Below, piece after piece: positions 9,460 to 19,030 of a stretch of DNA of 52,013 nucleotides (the stretch's first letter is position 1; each line of letters begins with the position of its first letter). Made by a program: the position numbers and the translations under genes. Source of the DNA: Candidatus Aenigmatarchaeota archaeon (GTDB lineage: Archaea; Aenigmatarchaeota; Aenigmatarchaeia; GW2011-AR5); the NCBI GenBank assembly GCA_039091535.1, contig JAWCLW010000005.1:1-52013 (forward strand), read 5' to 3'. Below the pieces are notes generated by a model. The model was not told the origin of the DNA. It saw only the letters and a program-made list of their open reading frames with translations, and ran no database searches.

Positions 9460-10446
9460 ATGTCGGATATAGCATTTATATTCTCAAAAAAGGCTCATGC
9501 AGCATCGCAGGAATTCGCAAAATCTATTAATGCGGATTTCTATTCTGTGAGCAGATATTCACTATACAAGATATTTACGATACCAAAATACAAGTATTAT
9601 TTTGTTGAGTCTGTGTTTGCATTAACATATCCTGTGATGAAGAGAAAAATATTAAGAGAAAAAAATAAAATAATCTTTCGTTGCAACTCAAATTTATTTT
9701 CAAATGAACCAAAAAGATATTTTCAAGGAAATTTTTTTGTTAGAAAATATATAAAATTTTTATTGAGAAACATTGACGGAATTATTGCTGTATCAAAGAT
9801 GGTAGAAAATGATGCAAAGAGAAGATGCAAAGAAGAAATTGGGAAAAAAATAAAAACAAAACTTGTTTATTCTTTCGTCGATAATCCAGAAAAATGGCTT
9901 AATGTAAAGCCAAATTTAAAATCAAAGAATTTTTTATATATTGGCTATATAAGGCATCATAAGGGCATAGATATTTTATTAAAGACATTTGAATTAATAA
10001 TGAAAAAAAATACAAATGTTAAATTATTCCTTGCTGGCATTAGAGATAGTGACCTTAAAAGATATGGATTAAAAGCTCCTAATAACGTTTATTTACTTGG
10101 TTTTATCAAAGATTTAGAAAAATATATGGAAAAATGCGCCTTTTATGTTACTACACCAAAGTATGAGCCAGGTCCAACTGCAAGCATCGAAGCTATGTGT
10201 GCTGGTCTTATACCTATTGTGAATTATATGACGGGACATAAGGACCACGTTAAGCAAGTAAGTAAAGATTTGATTATAAATTCATTGAATCCAAAAGATG
10301 TTGCAAACAAAATTCTTAAAATTATGAAAAGAAATGATTTGAAAAAATTGTCAAATAAGTCAAGAAAAATCGCATTGAAATATACGAAAGAAAAGATGCT
10401 TACCAAATTTAAGAAGGCATTTTATGATTTAATCAAGGAAACATGA
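9460..10446 (+). CDS. GT4 glycosyltransferase (paralog of upstream gene)
   Basis: DGIIAVS, HKGIDIL, YEPGPTASIEAMCAG; GGTGA SD-like sequence upstream. Confidence 0.87.
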   Translation: MSDIAFIFSKKAHAASQEFAKSINADFYSVSRYSLYKIFTIPKYKYYFVESVFALTYPVMKRKILREKNKIIFRCNSNLFSNEPKRYFQGNFFVRKYIKFLLRNIDGIIAVSKMVENDAKRRCKEEIGKKIKTKLVYSFVDNPEKWLNVKPNLKSKNFLYIGYIRHHKGIDILLKTFELIMKKNTNVKLFLAGIRDSDLKRYGLKAPNNVYLLGFIKDLEKYMEKCAFYVTTPKYEPGPTASIEAMCAGLIPIVNYMTGHKDHVKQVSKDLIINSLNPKDVANKILKIMKRNDLKKLSNKSRKIALKYTKEKMLTKFKKAFYDLIKET

Positions 10447-11480
10447 TATTTATGAATCTAAAGGAAATAAAAAAAATAGCTGTATTGAAAGGCCCTGGTG
10501 TAGGAGATGTAATAACATCTATACCATTATTAAGAAACCTAAGGAAAAATTTTTCAAAATCTGAAATTATAGTATTCAATGAAATTTCATATGGTGTTGG
10601 AAAAGAAATTTTAAGAAAATGTCCATACATTGATCATATTATAGAGATAAATCAAAAATCTGTTTTTTCAATACTAAAGATTATAAGAAAAATAAGAAAA
10701 GAAAAATTTGATATAATTGTTGACTCTTTTCCGAGCACATGGAAAACAGCAATTTTTTGCTATCTCTCTGGCGCAAAATTTAGATTAGGTTATTATCATA
10801 ACCCATTATCATTTCTTTACAATGTAAAAGTAAAGTATAAAAATCAAAATAAGGTTGAATTAGAGGCAAATTTACTTGAAAAGTTGGGTTTGCATATTTC
10901 TGAAAAAGATAAGGAATTAGAATTATTTTTTGATTTAAAGAAAAATGAAAAAAAGATAAATGAATTGTTAAGAAAAAATAGAATAAGAAAGTCTGATATA
11001 CTAATAGGAATTCATGCAGGTAGAACAGATGATATAGTTCGTACTTGGGTTGATGAAAGATGGGCAAAACTTTGTGATATTTTAATAGAAAAATATAAAG
11101 CAAAGATTATTTTTGTTGGAGGGAAATCTGACGAAAAAAGGGTAGAAGATATTGTCAGATTGATGAAAAATAAACCAATAAATTTTGTTAATTTATTAAA
11201 TTTAGAAGAAACTGCGACATTGATAAAAAAAATGAAATTATTTTTATGCATAAATGGTGGTCCAATGCATATAGCTGCAGCATTGAAAAAGCCATTAATT
11301 GCATTATGTGGTGATACAAAACTTGGTTGGGATCCATATGGAAAAAATTCGTATGTGATCAGAAAGAATTTTGATAATTTTAGAGATACAAATTACAAAA
11401 AGGGTAATAATTATTATATGAGATTAATAGATGTTGATGATGTGTTGAATAATGTTATTAAAGTTTTGAGAAATAATTAA
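10443..11480 (+). CDS. GT9 glycosyltransferase (heptosyltransferase-like)
   Basis: GVGDVITSIPLLRNLR, RTW..ERW, CINGGPMHIAAAL, WDPYG. Confidence 0.9.
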   Translation: MIFMNLKEIKKIAVLKGPGVGDVITSIPLLRNLRKNFSKSEIIVFNEISYGVGKEILRKCPYIDHIIEINQKSVFSILKIIRKIRKEKFDIIVDSFPSTWKTAIFCYLSGAKFRLGYYHNPLSFLYNVKVKYKNQNKVELEANLLEKLGLHISEKDKELELFFDLKKNEKKINELLRKNRIRKSDILIGIHAGRTDDIVRTWVDERWAKLCDILIEKYKAKIIFVGGKSDEKRVEDIVRLMKNKPINFVNLLNLEETATLIKKMKLFLCINGGPMHIAAALKKPLIALCGDTKLGWDPYGKNSYVIRKNFDNFRDTNYKKGNNYYMRLIDVDDVLNNVIKVLRNN

Positions 11481-12607
11481 TTATTAACAAGTTCATCAAT
11501 ATATCTCAATACATCTTCTGGTTTTATTGAGTCTGTACCAACATGTTTTTTGCAATAAGGGAATTTTCCAAAAATTTCACATCTTTCGCACTTTATTTTA
11601 TCTTTCCATAAATATATACTACCTTTGTTTAATGGAGCTTTTCTTCTTGGGTCTGTAGGTCCAAAAATAGAAATAACTATAACATCCATTGCTGAAGCAA
11701 TATGCATCAAACCACAATCATGTGTGATAAATAATCTACATCTCTTGATTAATGCAGCAGCCTGTTTTATTTTAGTAATACCGGCTGAATTATAAGTTTT
11801 AACATTAATTTTAGATTGTATTTCTTTTATTGATTTTACATCCTCTTTACTACCAAATAAGATAACTTTTGCATTGTATAGATTTACAAGTTTTTCAATA
11901 ACTTTTGCATAGTTTTCGGATGACCATATACGTAGTGATGATGTTTTTTTTGGATCTTTTGTTGATGCGGGAGCTACACCTATTATTAGATCATCTTTTT
12001 TTATTTTATTTTTTCTAAGAAAATTAGATGCAAATCTTTCATCATTTTTAGATATAAATAAATCTAATTTTGTATCATTTTCATCATATGTTATATTTAA
12101 TGGTTTGAGCAGATCGAGATAATATAAAATTTCATGTCTAACATCTTTATATTTTATGTTATATGTGTTTGGAAAACCTTCACCATTACGATCAAATCCA
12201 ATTCTTACGGGTATTTTACACCAATAAGCGAAAAGGTTTGCGAGATAAGATTTGTCAAGTATAAAACATAAATCAAATTTTTCAGTATGCAAAAAATTTG
12301 CAAATTTTCTAAAATAATTAAATCTTTTTATTATATTTGAATCAAATAGTTTTTTTGTATCAAATGTTATTATTCTATCTATATTTTTATTCCCTTTAAG
12401 TATGTCTTTGAATTTGTCTCCAGTGATATATGTTATTTCAGCATCAGGATAATTTTTTCTCAAAGTTCTAACAAATGGTGTGGTCATCAAAATATCTCCG
12501 ATTGCACCAGATTTTATAATTGCAATTTTTTCTATTCTTATATATTTAACTTTTTTTATAAAACTAAAATAAAATTTACCAAATTTGCATATCAACCACT
12601 TAAACAT
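11477..12607 (-). CDS. GT9 glycosyltransferase (WaaF/RfaF-like)
   Basis: GAIGDILMTTP, RIGF, THDCGLMHIASA, IFGPTDP. Confidence 0.92.
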   Translation of the reverse strand: MFKWLICKFGKFYFSFIKKVKYIRIEKIAIIKSGAIGDILMTTPFVRTLRKNYPDAEITYITGDKFKDILKGNKNIDRIITFDTKKLFDSNIIKRFNYFRKFANFLHTEKFDLCFILDKSYLANLFAYWCKIPVRIGFDRNGEGFPNTYNIKYKDVRHEILYYLDLLKPLNITYDENDTKLDLFISKNDERFASNFLRKNKIKKDDLIIGVAPASTKDPKKTSSLRIWSSENYAKVIEKLVNLYNAKVILFGSKEDVKSIKEIQSKINVKTYNSAGITKIKQAAALIKRCRLFITHDCGLMHIASAMDVIVISIFGPTDPRRKAPLNKGSIYLWKDKIKCERCEIFGKFPYCKKHVGTDSIKPEDVLRYIDELVNN

Positions 12608-12656
12608 AAGTATTCACAATTTGTCTTATAGCATAAATCTTTTAAAATAAATATAA

Positions 12657-13538
12657 TTATAATTTCAATAAAGCATTTGTAATCAATGGTATCATGATTT
12701 CATACTTTTCAATAAAAGAATAACCATCATGGCGCTTTACAACATTTTGTTCAGGTCTATATAATTTCTTAAAATCGATATTCACAGTTGTAAAATTTTT
12801 TAGCCTTTTTAAATTTCTTGCTACTGAAACAGATTTTAGAAAAACTTCTGGTAAAATTACAGCGGAACCAACATTTAAATAAACACCACCATCTAACTTT
12901 GTCACAACTTCGCAAAATGTTTTAAAATCATCATAACTCGTCTTACCTATTGCTGCACCATCACATTCTGGGTGCATATGTGTTATATCAGTACCAATAG
13001 CAACATGAACAGTTATAGGAATTTTATATTTTACAGCATTTGCAAATATACTATAGTTAATATACTTTGCATTCGAATCTATTATTGCCTTACCGATCGA
13101 TTTTCCATATCCATAACCTTTTTTCACACCATTAACTATTGCATTGTTTATAAATTTTCCTGTTTCTTCACAGAAACCAAAAGAACCATCCTTTATAGCC
13201 TCTTCGACATATTCACTTGTTTTACCAAATAATGCAATTTCTGAGTCATGAATTGCTGCTGCACCATTTGTTGCAATACATGTTATGAATCCATTTTTCA
13301 TTAATTCTATTATATATAAACTTAAACCGCATTTTATTACATGTGCTCCAATACCCCATATTATTTGTCTTTTTTCATTTTTTGCATTCTTTATTTTTTT
13401 GATTACAATATCAAAATCTTTTTTTGAGATCGTATCAGGAAAATGAACTTGTTTACCTAAATTTACTAAATCAACAATACTAATTTTGCTTTTTCTCTCA
13501 TGTATCGAATATCTTCTAATCTTGTTAAAATCTATCAT
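12657..13538 (-). CDS. Deoxyhypusine-synthase-like NAD-binding fold protein, function unknown
   Basis: GAHVIKCGL..IIELMKNGFITCIATNGAAAIHD and SIFANAVKYKIPI align by eye with DHS blocks. The DHS catalytic EAxSWGK motif is absent. Confidence 0.65.
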   Translation of the reverse strand: MIDFNKIRRYSIHERKSKISIVDLVNLGKQVHFPDTISKKDFDIVIKKIKNAKNEKRQIIWGIGAHVIKCGLSLYIIELMKNGFITCIATNGAAAIHDSEIALFGKTSEYVEEAIKDGSFGFCEETGKFINNAIVNGVKKGYGYGKSIGKAIIDSNAKYINYSIFANAVKYKIPITVHVAIGTDITHMHPECDGAAIGKTSYDDFKTFCEVVTKLDGGVYLNVGSAVILPEVFLKSVSVARNLKRLKNFTTVNIDFKKLYRPEQNVVKRHDGYSFIEKYEIMIPLITNALLKL

Positions 13539-13566
13539 AAATACTCTCTATCAAGGAAAAGAATTT

Positions 13567-13587
13567 AAGTATGATTATTTCATACTT
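13567..13587. promoter_or_regulatory. Inverted repeat AAGTATGA-N5-TCATACTT, candidate RHH operator in a divergent promoter
   Basis: Perfect 8-bp arms overlapping TATA-like TTTAAGTA, 14 bp before the RHH gene start. Confidence 0.6.
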
Positions 13588-13601
13588 TATAGGATATTAA
13601 T

Positions 13602-14339
13602 ATGCAAAAGAAAAAAATAGCAATTTCTATAACAAAGGACATACTTAAAAAAATAGATGAAAGTGTAGATGGATCTATAATACGAAGTAGAAGCCAAGCA
13701 ATAGAATTTTTTCTTAGAAAAGGGTTTTTAGAAAATATAGATACTGCTATAATAATGCTTAGCAAAAGACACCAAAAAACTGCTCTTACAAGATTTAAGA
13801 AATCTACATTGATAAAAGAGCAAATAGATTTTTTTAGAAATAATGGAATAAAAAATATCTTTGTTCTTATACAAAAGAATGATAATTTATCCTTGATAAA
13901 AAAAGAATGCGAAAAATTTGCAGAAGTTTTTATAACAAATTCAAAAAAGAATGGAGATGCAATATTACAAATGAAAAATATTCTGAAAAATGATTTTATT
14001 GTTATGAGTGGTGATATATATAATAATTTTGATATTAATAGTATGATAAAAAAACATATAGTTAGCAAAAAGATTGCAACAATAGGTCTTATGAGCAGGA
14101 GTACACCTTCAAAATATGGTACAGCTATTCTTGATGGTGATTTTGTAATAAATTTTCAAGAAAAGCCAAAAAAACCAAACTCATTTATTGTTAATTCTGG
14201 AATTTATATTTTTAAAACAGACGTGTTTGAGTTTATGAGTGGGAGCATAGAAAATGATGTCTTACCAAAACTCGCAAGAATGAAGGAACTTATCGGATTT
14301 TTTACAACAGGAGAATATGTACATTTTGATGAATTATAA
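13602..14339 (+). CDS. Ribbon-helix-helix (CopG/NikR-like) domain fused to a degenerate sugar-phosphate nucleotidyltransferase domain
   Basis: KIAISITKDILKKID...SRSQAIEFFLR (RHH). FIVMSGD, KYG, FQEKP, VNSGIYIF (NTP transferase) but no GGxGTR loop. Confidence 0.8.
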   Translation: MQKKKIAISITKDILKKIDESVDGSIIRSRSQAIEFFLRKGFLENIDTAIIMLSKRHQKTALTRFKKSTLIKEQIDFFRNNGIKNIFVLIQKNDNLSLIKKECEKFAEVFITNSKKNGDAILQMKNILKNDFIVMSGDIYNNFDINSMIKKHIVSKKIATIGLMSRSTPSKYGTAILDGDFVINFQEKPKKPNSFIVNSGIYIFKTDVFEFMSGSIENDVLPKLARMKELIGFFTTGEYVHFDEL

Positions 14340-14358
14340 GGATATTAGAAAAAAGTAA

Positions 14359-15471
14359 CTATTTCTTTAATAGAATATTTACCGCCCTTATAACATCTTC
14401 TACTTCTATTTTATTTATTTCATTATTTTCTGAGAAAATACCTTTGAATGGCCTGATTGCTGGTATACCATTTCCTTTATACAATCCAATATTTTTGTTT
14501 CCATAAGGTCCATATCTTTCAGGCAAATTTGGCCCAAATAAACCTATTGTTTTCACACCCATAGCAGCTGATATATGCATCGGCCCAGAATCATTAGCAA
14601 TAAAAAGATCGAAATATTTCATTAATGCAAAAAGCTCCTTCAATTTTAATTTTCCAGAAAAATCTATTATTTTATCTTTATTTTTTGTTATACTAATTAT
14701 TTTGTCGTTTATTTTTTTTTCATTTTTTCCTCCGATAAGAATAATATTTGCATTATAATTCTCTATTAATTTATCACACAATTCTGCAAATTTATATTCA
14801 GACCATCTTCTAGAAATAGAAGAACTAGCAGAACCAGCATGAACACCTATTAATATATTAGATTTTTTTATCATATATTCTTTCATTATTGATTTTATTC
14901 TGTTTTTGTCTTGTTTTGTAAATTTTAACTCAACAAGTTTTTTGGGATACGAAGCTCTATGCAACACACTAATAAGATTAATAAAATTTTTAACTGCATG
15001 TATATCTTCATTTGGTTCCACAATATTTGTATAGAGTTTAGATCTATTAGAAAAACCAATTCTCATTTTTGCATTTGATAAAAGACTTAAAACAGAAGAA
15101 AATTTTGTATATGGTTCAAAATCTATACATATGTCAAATCTTTTTCCCCTTATTTTTTTTATTGTTTTAAAGAATTCAAATGGGTTTAAATTTAAGATAA
15201 TAATTTCATCTATAAAGTTTAATCCCTCAAAAATAGTTTTGTTTTGCTTTGTCGCTATAACAGAAATTTTATACCCACATTTTCTAAGAATATTCAAAGC
15301 AGGCAAAATCAATACACTTTCACCAAGTGCCCATAATTTTATTGCTAAAACATTTTTTCCAGTAATTCTTGATTCATGTTTTTTATACATTATGCTAAAG
15401 ATAATATATAATAGCACCCCAAATATACGATCGATAAAGCGTAAAAATTTTCCATCCATACTTGAAAACAT
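14359..15471 (-). CDS. GT9 glycosyltransferase (heptosyltransferase-like)
   Basis: LWALGESVL, RIGF, RRW, IANDSGPMHISAA, LFGPN..RYGP. Confidence 0.92.
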   Translation of the reverse strand: MFSSMDGKFLRFIDRIFGVLLYIIFSIMYKKHESRITGKNVLAIKLWALGESVLILPALNILRKCGYKISVIATKQNKTIFEGLNFIDEIIILNLNPFEFFKTIKKIRGKRFDICIDFEPYTKFSSVLSLLSNAKMRIGFSNRSKLYTNIVEPNEDIHAVKNFINLISVLHRASYPKKLVELKFTKQDKNRIKSIMKEYMIKKSNILIGVHAGSASSSISRRWSEYKFAELCDKLIENYNANIILIGGKNEKKINDKIISITKNKDKIIDFSGKLKLKELFALMKYFDLFIANDSGPMHISAAMGVKTIGLFGPNLPERYGPYGNKNIGLYKGNGIPAIRPFKGIFSENNEINKIEVEDVIRAVNILLKK

Positions 15472-15496
15472 ATAAGATTAATCTTTTAAACTATTA

Positions 15497-16465
15497 ATGA
15501 TAAAGAATAAAGGTATGATACTTGTAACAGGTTCAGCTGGGTTTATAGGTTTTCATATATGTAAAAGACTTCTTGCTGATGGATATAGTGTGATCGGTGT
15601 TGATAATTTTAATAACTATTATGATGTTAAACTTAAGAAAGCTAGGAATGATGAATTAAAGAAAAATAGAAGATTCAATCTTATTAAGAAGAATATATTA
15701 AATTTAACTAAAAAAGATATTAAAGATGTTGAATTTATTTTTCACGAGGCAGCATATGCTGGTGTTAGGAATTCTGTTGAAAACCCAATACTTTATGACA
15801 AAGTAAATGTTCATGGAACAGTTAGACTGTTAAAATTATCTGTAGATTCGAATGTTAAAAAGTTTTTATTTGCTTCATCCTCATCTGTTTATGGTGATTT
15901 GAATAAATTTCCAACACCAGAAACATATGAAACAAATCCTATAAGTCCTTATGGTGTCTCAAAACTTGCTGCCGAAAAATATTGTAATGCATTCTACAAA
16001 TGCTATGGTTTACCAACAATAAGTTTAAGATATTTTACTGTTTATGGTCCTTGGGGAAGACCTGATATGCTTATTATGAAAGTAATATTAAGTTGTTATG
16101 AGAATAAACCATTAATTCTTTTTAAAAAAGATAAAAAGATTATAGATTTTAGGAGGGATTTCTCATATATAGATGATGTTGTTGAGGCTAATATACTTGC
16201 TATGAAAAGCAATATAAAAAATGATATTTTCAATGTTAGTGCAAAAAAAGATGTTTCTGTAAAATATGTAATAGATTTCATAGCAAATGAATTAGGAAGA
16301 AAACCAAATTTTGTTGAGGCCGAACCAAGCCCAGCTGACCCGTTAAGAACATTAGGTGATATAAGTAAGATAAAAGAAAAACTTGGTTTTGAACCAAAGA
16401 CAAGTATAGAGGAAGGAATAAGAAACACGATAAATTGGTATAAGCAATATAAGGGAATAAAATGA
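15497..16465 (+). CDS. NAD-dependent epimerase (UDP-glucuronate 4-epimerase-like)
   Basis: GSAGFIG, ASSSSVYG, YGVSK, LRYFTVYGPWGRPDM. Confidence 0.9.
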   Translation: MIKNKGMILVTGSAGFIGFHICKRLLADGYSVIGVDNFNNYYDVKLKKARNDELKKNRRFNLIKKNILNLTKKDIKDVEFIFHEAAYAGVRNSVENPILYDKVNVHGTVRLLKLSVDSNVKKFLFASSSSVYGDLNKFPTPETYETNPISPYGVSKLAAEKYCNAFYKCYGLPTISLRYFTVYGPWGRPDMLIMKVILSCYENKPLILFKKDKKIIDFRRDFSYIDDVVEANILAMKSNIKNDIFNVSAKKDVSVKYVIDFIANELGRKPNFVEAEPSPADPLRTLGDISKIKEKLGFEPKTSIEEGIRNTINWYKQYKGIK

Positions 16466-16655
16466 AATTATTAATGGCATCATTTCAGGACTTTCAATGT
16501 GAAAAATATTTTATTTAAAATTTTAGAATTTATGGAAAATATAATTCTCTTTTTTATTATTTTAAACCCATTTTAATTGCTTACAATAATAATCAAAAGT
16601 TCTTAGCTGAAATGAATTTTATGTGTCGCATTTCCCAAAAGATTAGCAAAGAAAA

Positions 16656-16782
16656 TTAGAGTGCATAAATTTTAATTGCCCGGAATTTTATTATGGGTTG
16701 ATGTTGTTTATGATCGTCTTTAATGATATCAAGATTTATATATCCTTTTGGCCAACTACCACAACCTATATTCAATTTTCAT
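16656..16782 (-). pseudogene. Second SAM methyltransferase remnant (N-terminus only)
   Basis: ATG AAA (+1 nt) then LNIGCGSWPKGYINLD, followed by an early stop. Confidence 0.6.
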
Positions 16783-16818
16783 TGTTGACATTATTTTATT
16801 TCAGCAAAAGCTATTTTT

Positions 16819-18078
16819 TTATTTTGTAGGATCAACTACTCTACCAATGAATAAAATATTTCCTGTATCTTTTTGTTGAATTATGAATATGAATGGGTGG
16901 TCTGCTTTGAAAATATTTCTTTGCGCAGCACTTCCCATCATACCAATAGCAGTTGTGGCAGCAGCTTCTGTTCCTTTTTCATCAACTTTGACGTAAGCTT
17001 GATGGATTATAAAATCAATCCAAATTTTTTCTGCGGTAGTCATTCCTGAGAAATCGGCTAAATTCATATCAAAAGCAGTTGGCATTCCTAGAGTACTCAA
17101 AATATCTTTTAAAGAATATTTTGTATTAAACTCAAATTTTGGAAGATATATCGCATCTAATCTCGTTTCCTGCATTTTGCTTTTCCATTCTTCAAGTTTT
17201 TCTGGTGTTAAAGAGGACTCTATTATATCAAGATTTTCTGTAGGCAATAGAATTAGCATAGAAATTTCTTCACTCTTATAAGGCAATTCCAAAATTTGTA
17301 GATCTCCTAAATCAGCATAATTAAACATCGCTTTATCCGGTTTCATATACATTGTTGGAACTTTCACAACATTTGTTGGTGTTATTTTAAAATCCATTTC
17401 CCTCGTATCTTTTGGGTCAAACTGCCATACCCATGTTCCTTTAAAATAGATAGCATTTGTAATGATTAATCTTATTAGTGGACTCAAAGAACTTGGAGGA
17501 AGTAAGTCTTTAATTTTATTATTAGTCTGTTCTTCAATAAAGCTATTAATTGTTTGCCTTGATTTTTCTGTTTCTTTAACAAAATCTACATTTGCTGCTT
17601 TTCCACCATAATATCGTTCAACTCTATTTGTGTAATCTTCAAGCAAAGGATAATCTTGCTGAACCCATAGAGCATTTCCTGTTCTCAGTTCATAATCCTT
17701 ATATCCTTTATTAATCTCATTGTAAATTGCAGCAAAATTTGGTCTTAAAATATCATTTTCTGGAAAATGAAAAACAGACTTTATTTCATCTGCTGTTTTT
17801 CCTTTTGTCCCTTCGTAAGCAATTGCTAAGGCAGCAAAAATACTATAAGGAGAATAGAATATATTTCCTTTTTCAGATTTATCTAATTCAGAATATAAAT
17901 CAAAAGCGAATTTGTTATTTGCATTAACTACCTCCTGAACGCCTTGTGAGGTAAAACCTGTATCATCCGCTTTTGGTGGTTGTTTTGGTTCATAAGGAAA
18001 AATAAACAATACTGCACCAGCTGTTACAATACTAACCATAAATAATACAATTATTCCATTAATCAAAATTTTGTTCAT
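16819..18078 (-). CDS. Serpin (serine protease inhibitor) with N-terminal signal/anchor
   Basis: NIFYSPYS, NAIYFKGTW, hinge EKGTEAAATT, FKADHPFIFII, LFIGRVVDP. Confidence 0.95.
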   Translation of the reverse strand: MNKILINGIIVLFMVSIVTAGAVLFIFPYEPKQPPKADDTGFTSQGVQEVVNANNKFAFDLYSELDKSEKGNIFYSPYSIFAALAIAYEGTKGKTADEIKSVFHFPENDILRPNFAAIYNEINKGYKDYELRTGNALWVQQDYPLLEDYTNRVERYYGGKAANVDFVKETEKSRQTINSFIEEQTNNKIKDLLPPSSLSPLIRLIITNAIYFKGTWVWQFDPKDTREMDFKITPTNVVKVPTMYMKPDKAMFNYADLGDLQILELPYKSEEISMLILLPTENLDIIESSLTPEKLEEWKSKMQETRLDAIYLPKFEFNTKYSLKDILSTLGMPTAFDMNLADFSGMTTAEKIWIDFIIHQAYVKVDEKGTEAAATTAIGMMGSAAQRNIFKADHPFIFIIQQKDTGNILFIGRVVDPTK

Positions 18079-18156
18079 ATTATATTTAATTTACGTTAAA
18101 TATATTTAAATTTTTAGAAGCTTAGTAATTTTTTTAATGAGAAGATGTGATATCAT

Positions 18157-19026
18157 TTATTTCAGCAAATTTTTGAATTCAACAGAATTTACATAATTTA
18201 TTATTTCATTTCTTATTTCAGAATGCTTCAACGAAAAATAGATTACTGTCTTTATGTAATCTTCCTTATTTCCTATATCGAAACGTTTTCCATTGAATTT
18301 ATAGGCATATATTTTTTGCAAATTTTTCAAGAGCTTTAATGCATCTGTAAGTTGTATTTCATTGTTTATGCCTGGTTTTGTTTTTTCTATGCAATCAAAT
18401 ATTTCTGGCATCAAAACATATCGACCAATTATTCCAAAATTAGACGGGGCTTCTTCGATTTTCGGCTTTTCAATTAAATCACTAATAAGAAATACAGAAT
18501 CTTCAATTTTTTCATATTTTATAATTCCATAAAAGCTTATTTTGTTTTTCGGAACTTCTTCAACAGCTATTACAGAAGAATTGTATTTTTTATTTAATTC
18601 TATTAATTGTTTAGTTACAGGGATTTCTGATTCTAAGATATCATCACCAAGCAAAACAGCAAATGGTTCATTGTTTATATGCTTTTTTGCACAGTAAATG
18701 GCATGTCCAAGACCAAGTGGCTCTTGCTGTCTTATATAATGAATATCCACATTTTCAAGCAATTCCTTTATTTCATCTAACTTTTTCTTTATGTTACTAT
18801 TTTTTAACATATTTTCTAATTCTGGGGATTTATCAAAATGATCTTCTATCGACCTTTTTCCACGACCAGTAATTATTATAATATCATCTATACCAGATGA
18901 AACAGCCTCTTCTACAACATATTGAATAGCAGGTTTATCAACTATTGGTAACATCTCTTTTGGCTGTGCTTTTGTAGCTGGAAGAAATCTAGTACCCAAA
19001 CCAGCAGCAGGTATTACAGCCTTCAT
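18157..19026 (-). CDS. galU: UTP--glucose-1-phosphate uridylyltransferase
   Basis: KAVIPAAGLGTRFLPATKAQPKEMLP, GLGHA, EIQLTDA; start at ATG 19026. Confidence 0.95.
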   Translation of the reverse strand: MKAVIPAAGLGTRFLPATKAQPKEMLPIVDKPAIQYVVEEAVSSGIDDIIIITGRGKRSIEDHFDKSPELENMLKNSNIKKKLDEIKELLENVDIHYIRQQEPLGLGHAIYCAKKHINNEPFAVLLGDDILESEIPVTKQLIELNKKYNSSVIAVEEVPKNKISFYGIIKYEKIEDSVFLISDLIEKPKIEEAPSNFGIIGRYVLMPEIFDCIEKTKPGINNEIQLTDALKLLKNLQKIYAYKFNGKRFDIGNKEDYIKTVIYFSLKHSEIRNEIINYVNSVEFKNLLK

Positions 19027-19030
19027 CAAA

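Noticed and set aside
12657-13538. Canonical deoxyhypusine synthase (dys)
   Set aside because: The catalytic Lys motif is absent and the context is glycan biosynthesis.
15497-16465. HldD (ADP-heptose 6-epimerase)
   Set aside because: The motifs (YFTVYGPWGRPDM, GVRNS) fit the UDP-glucuronate epimerase group, consistent with nearby ugd and galU.
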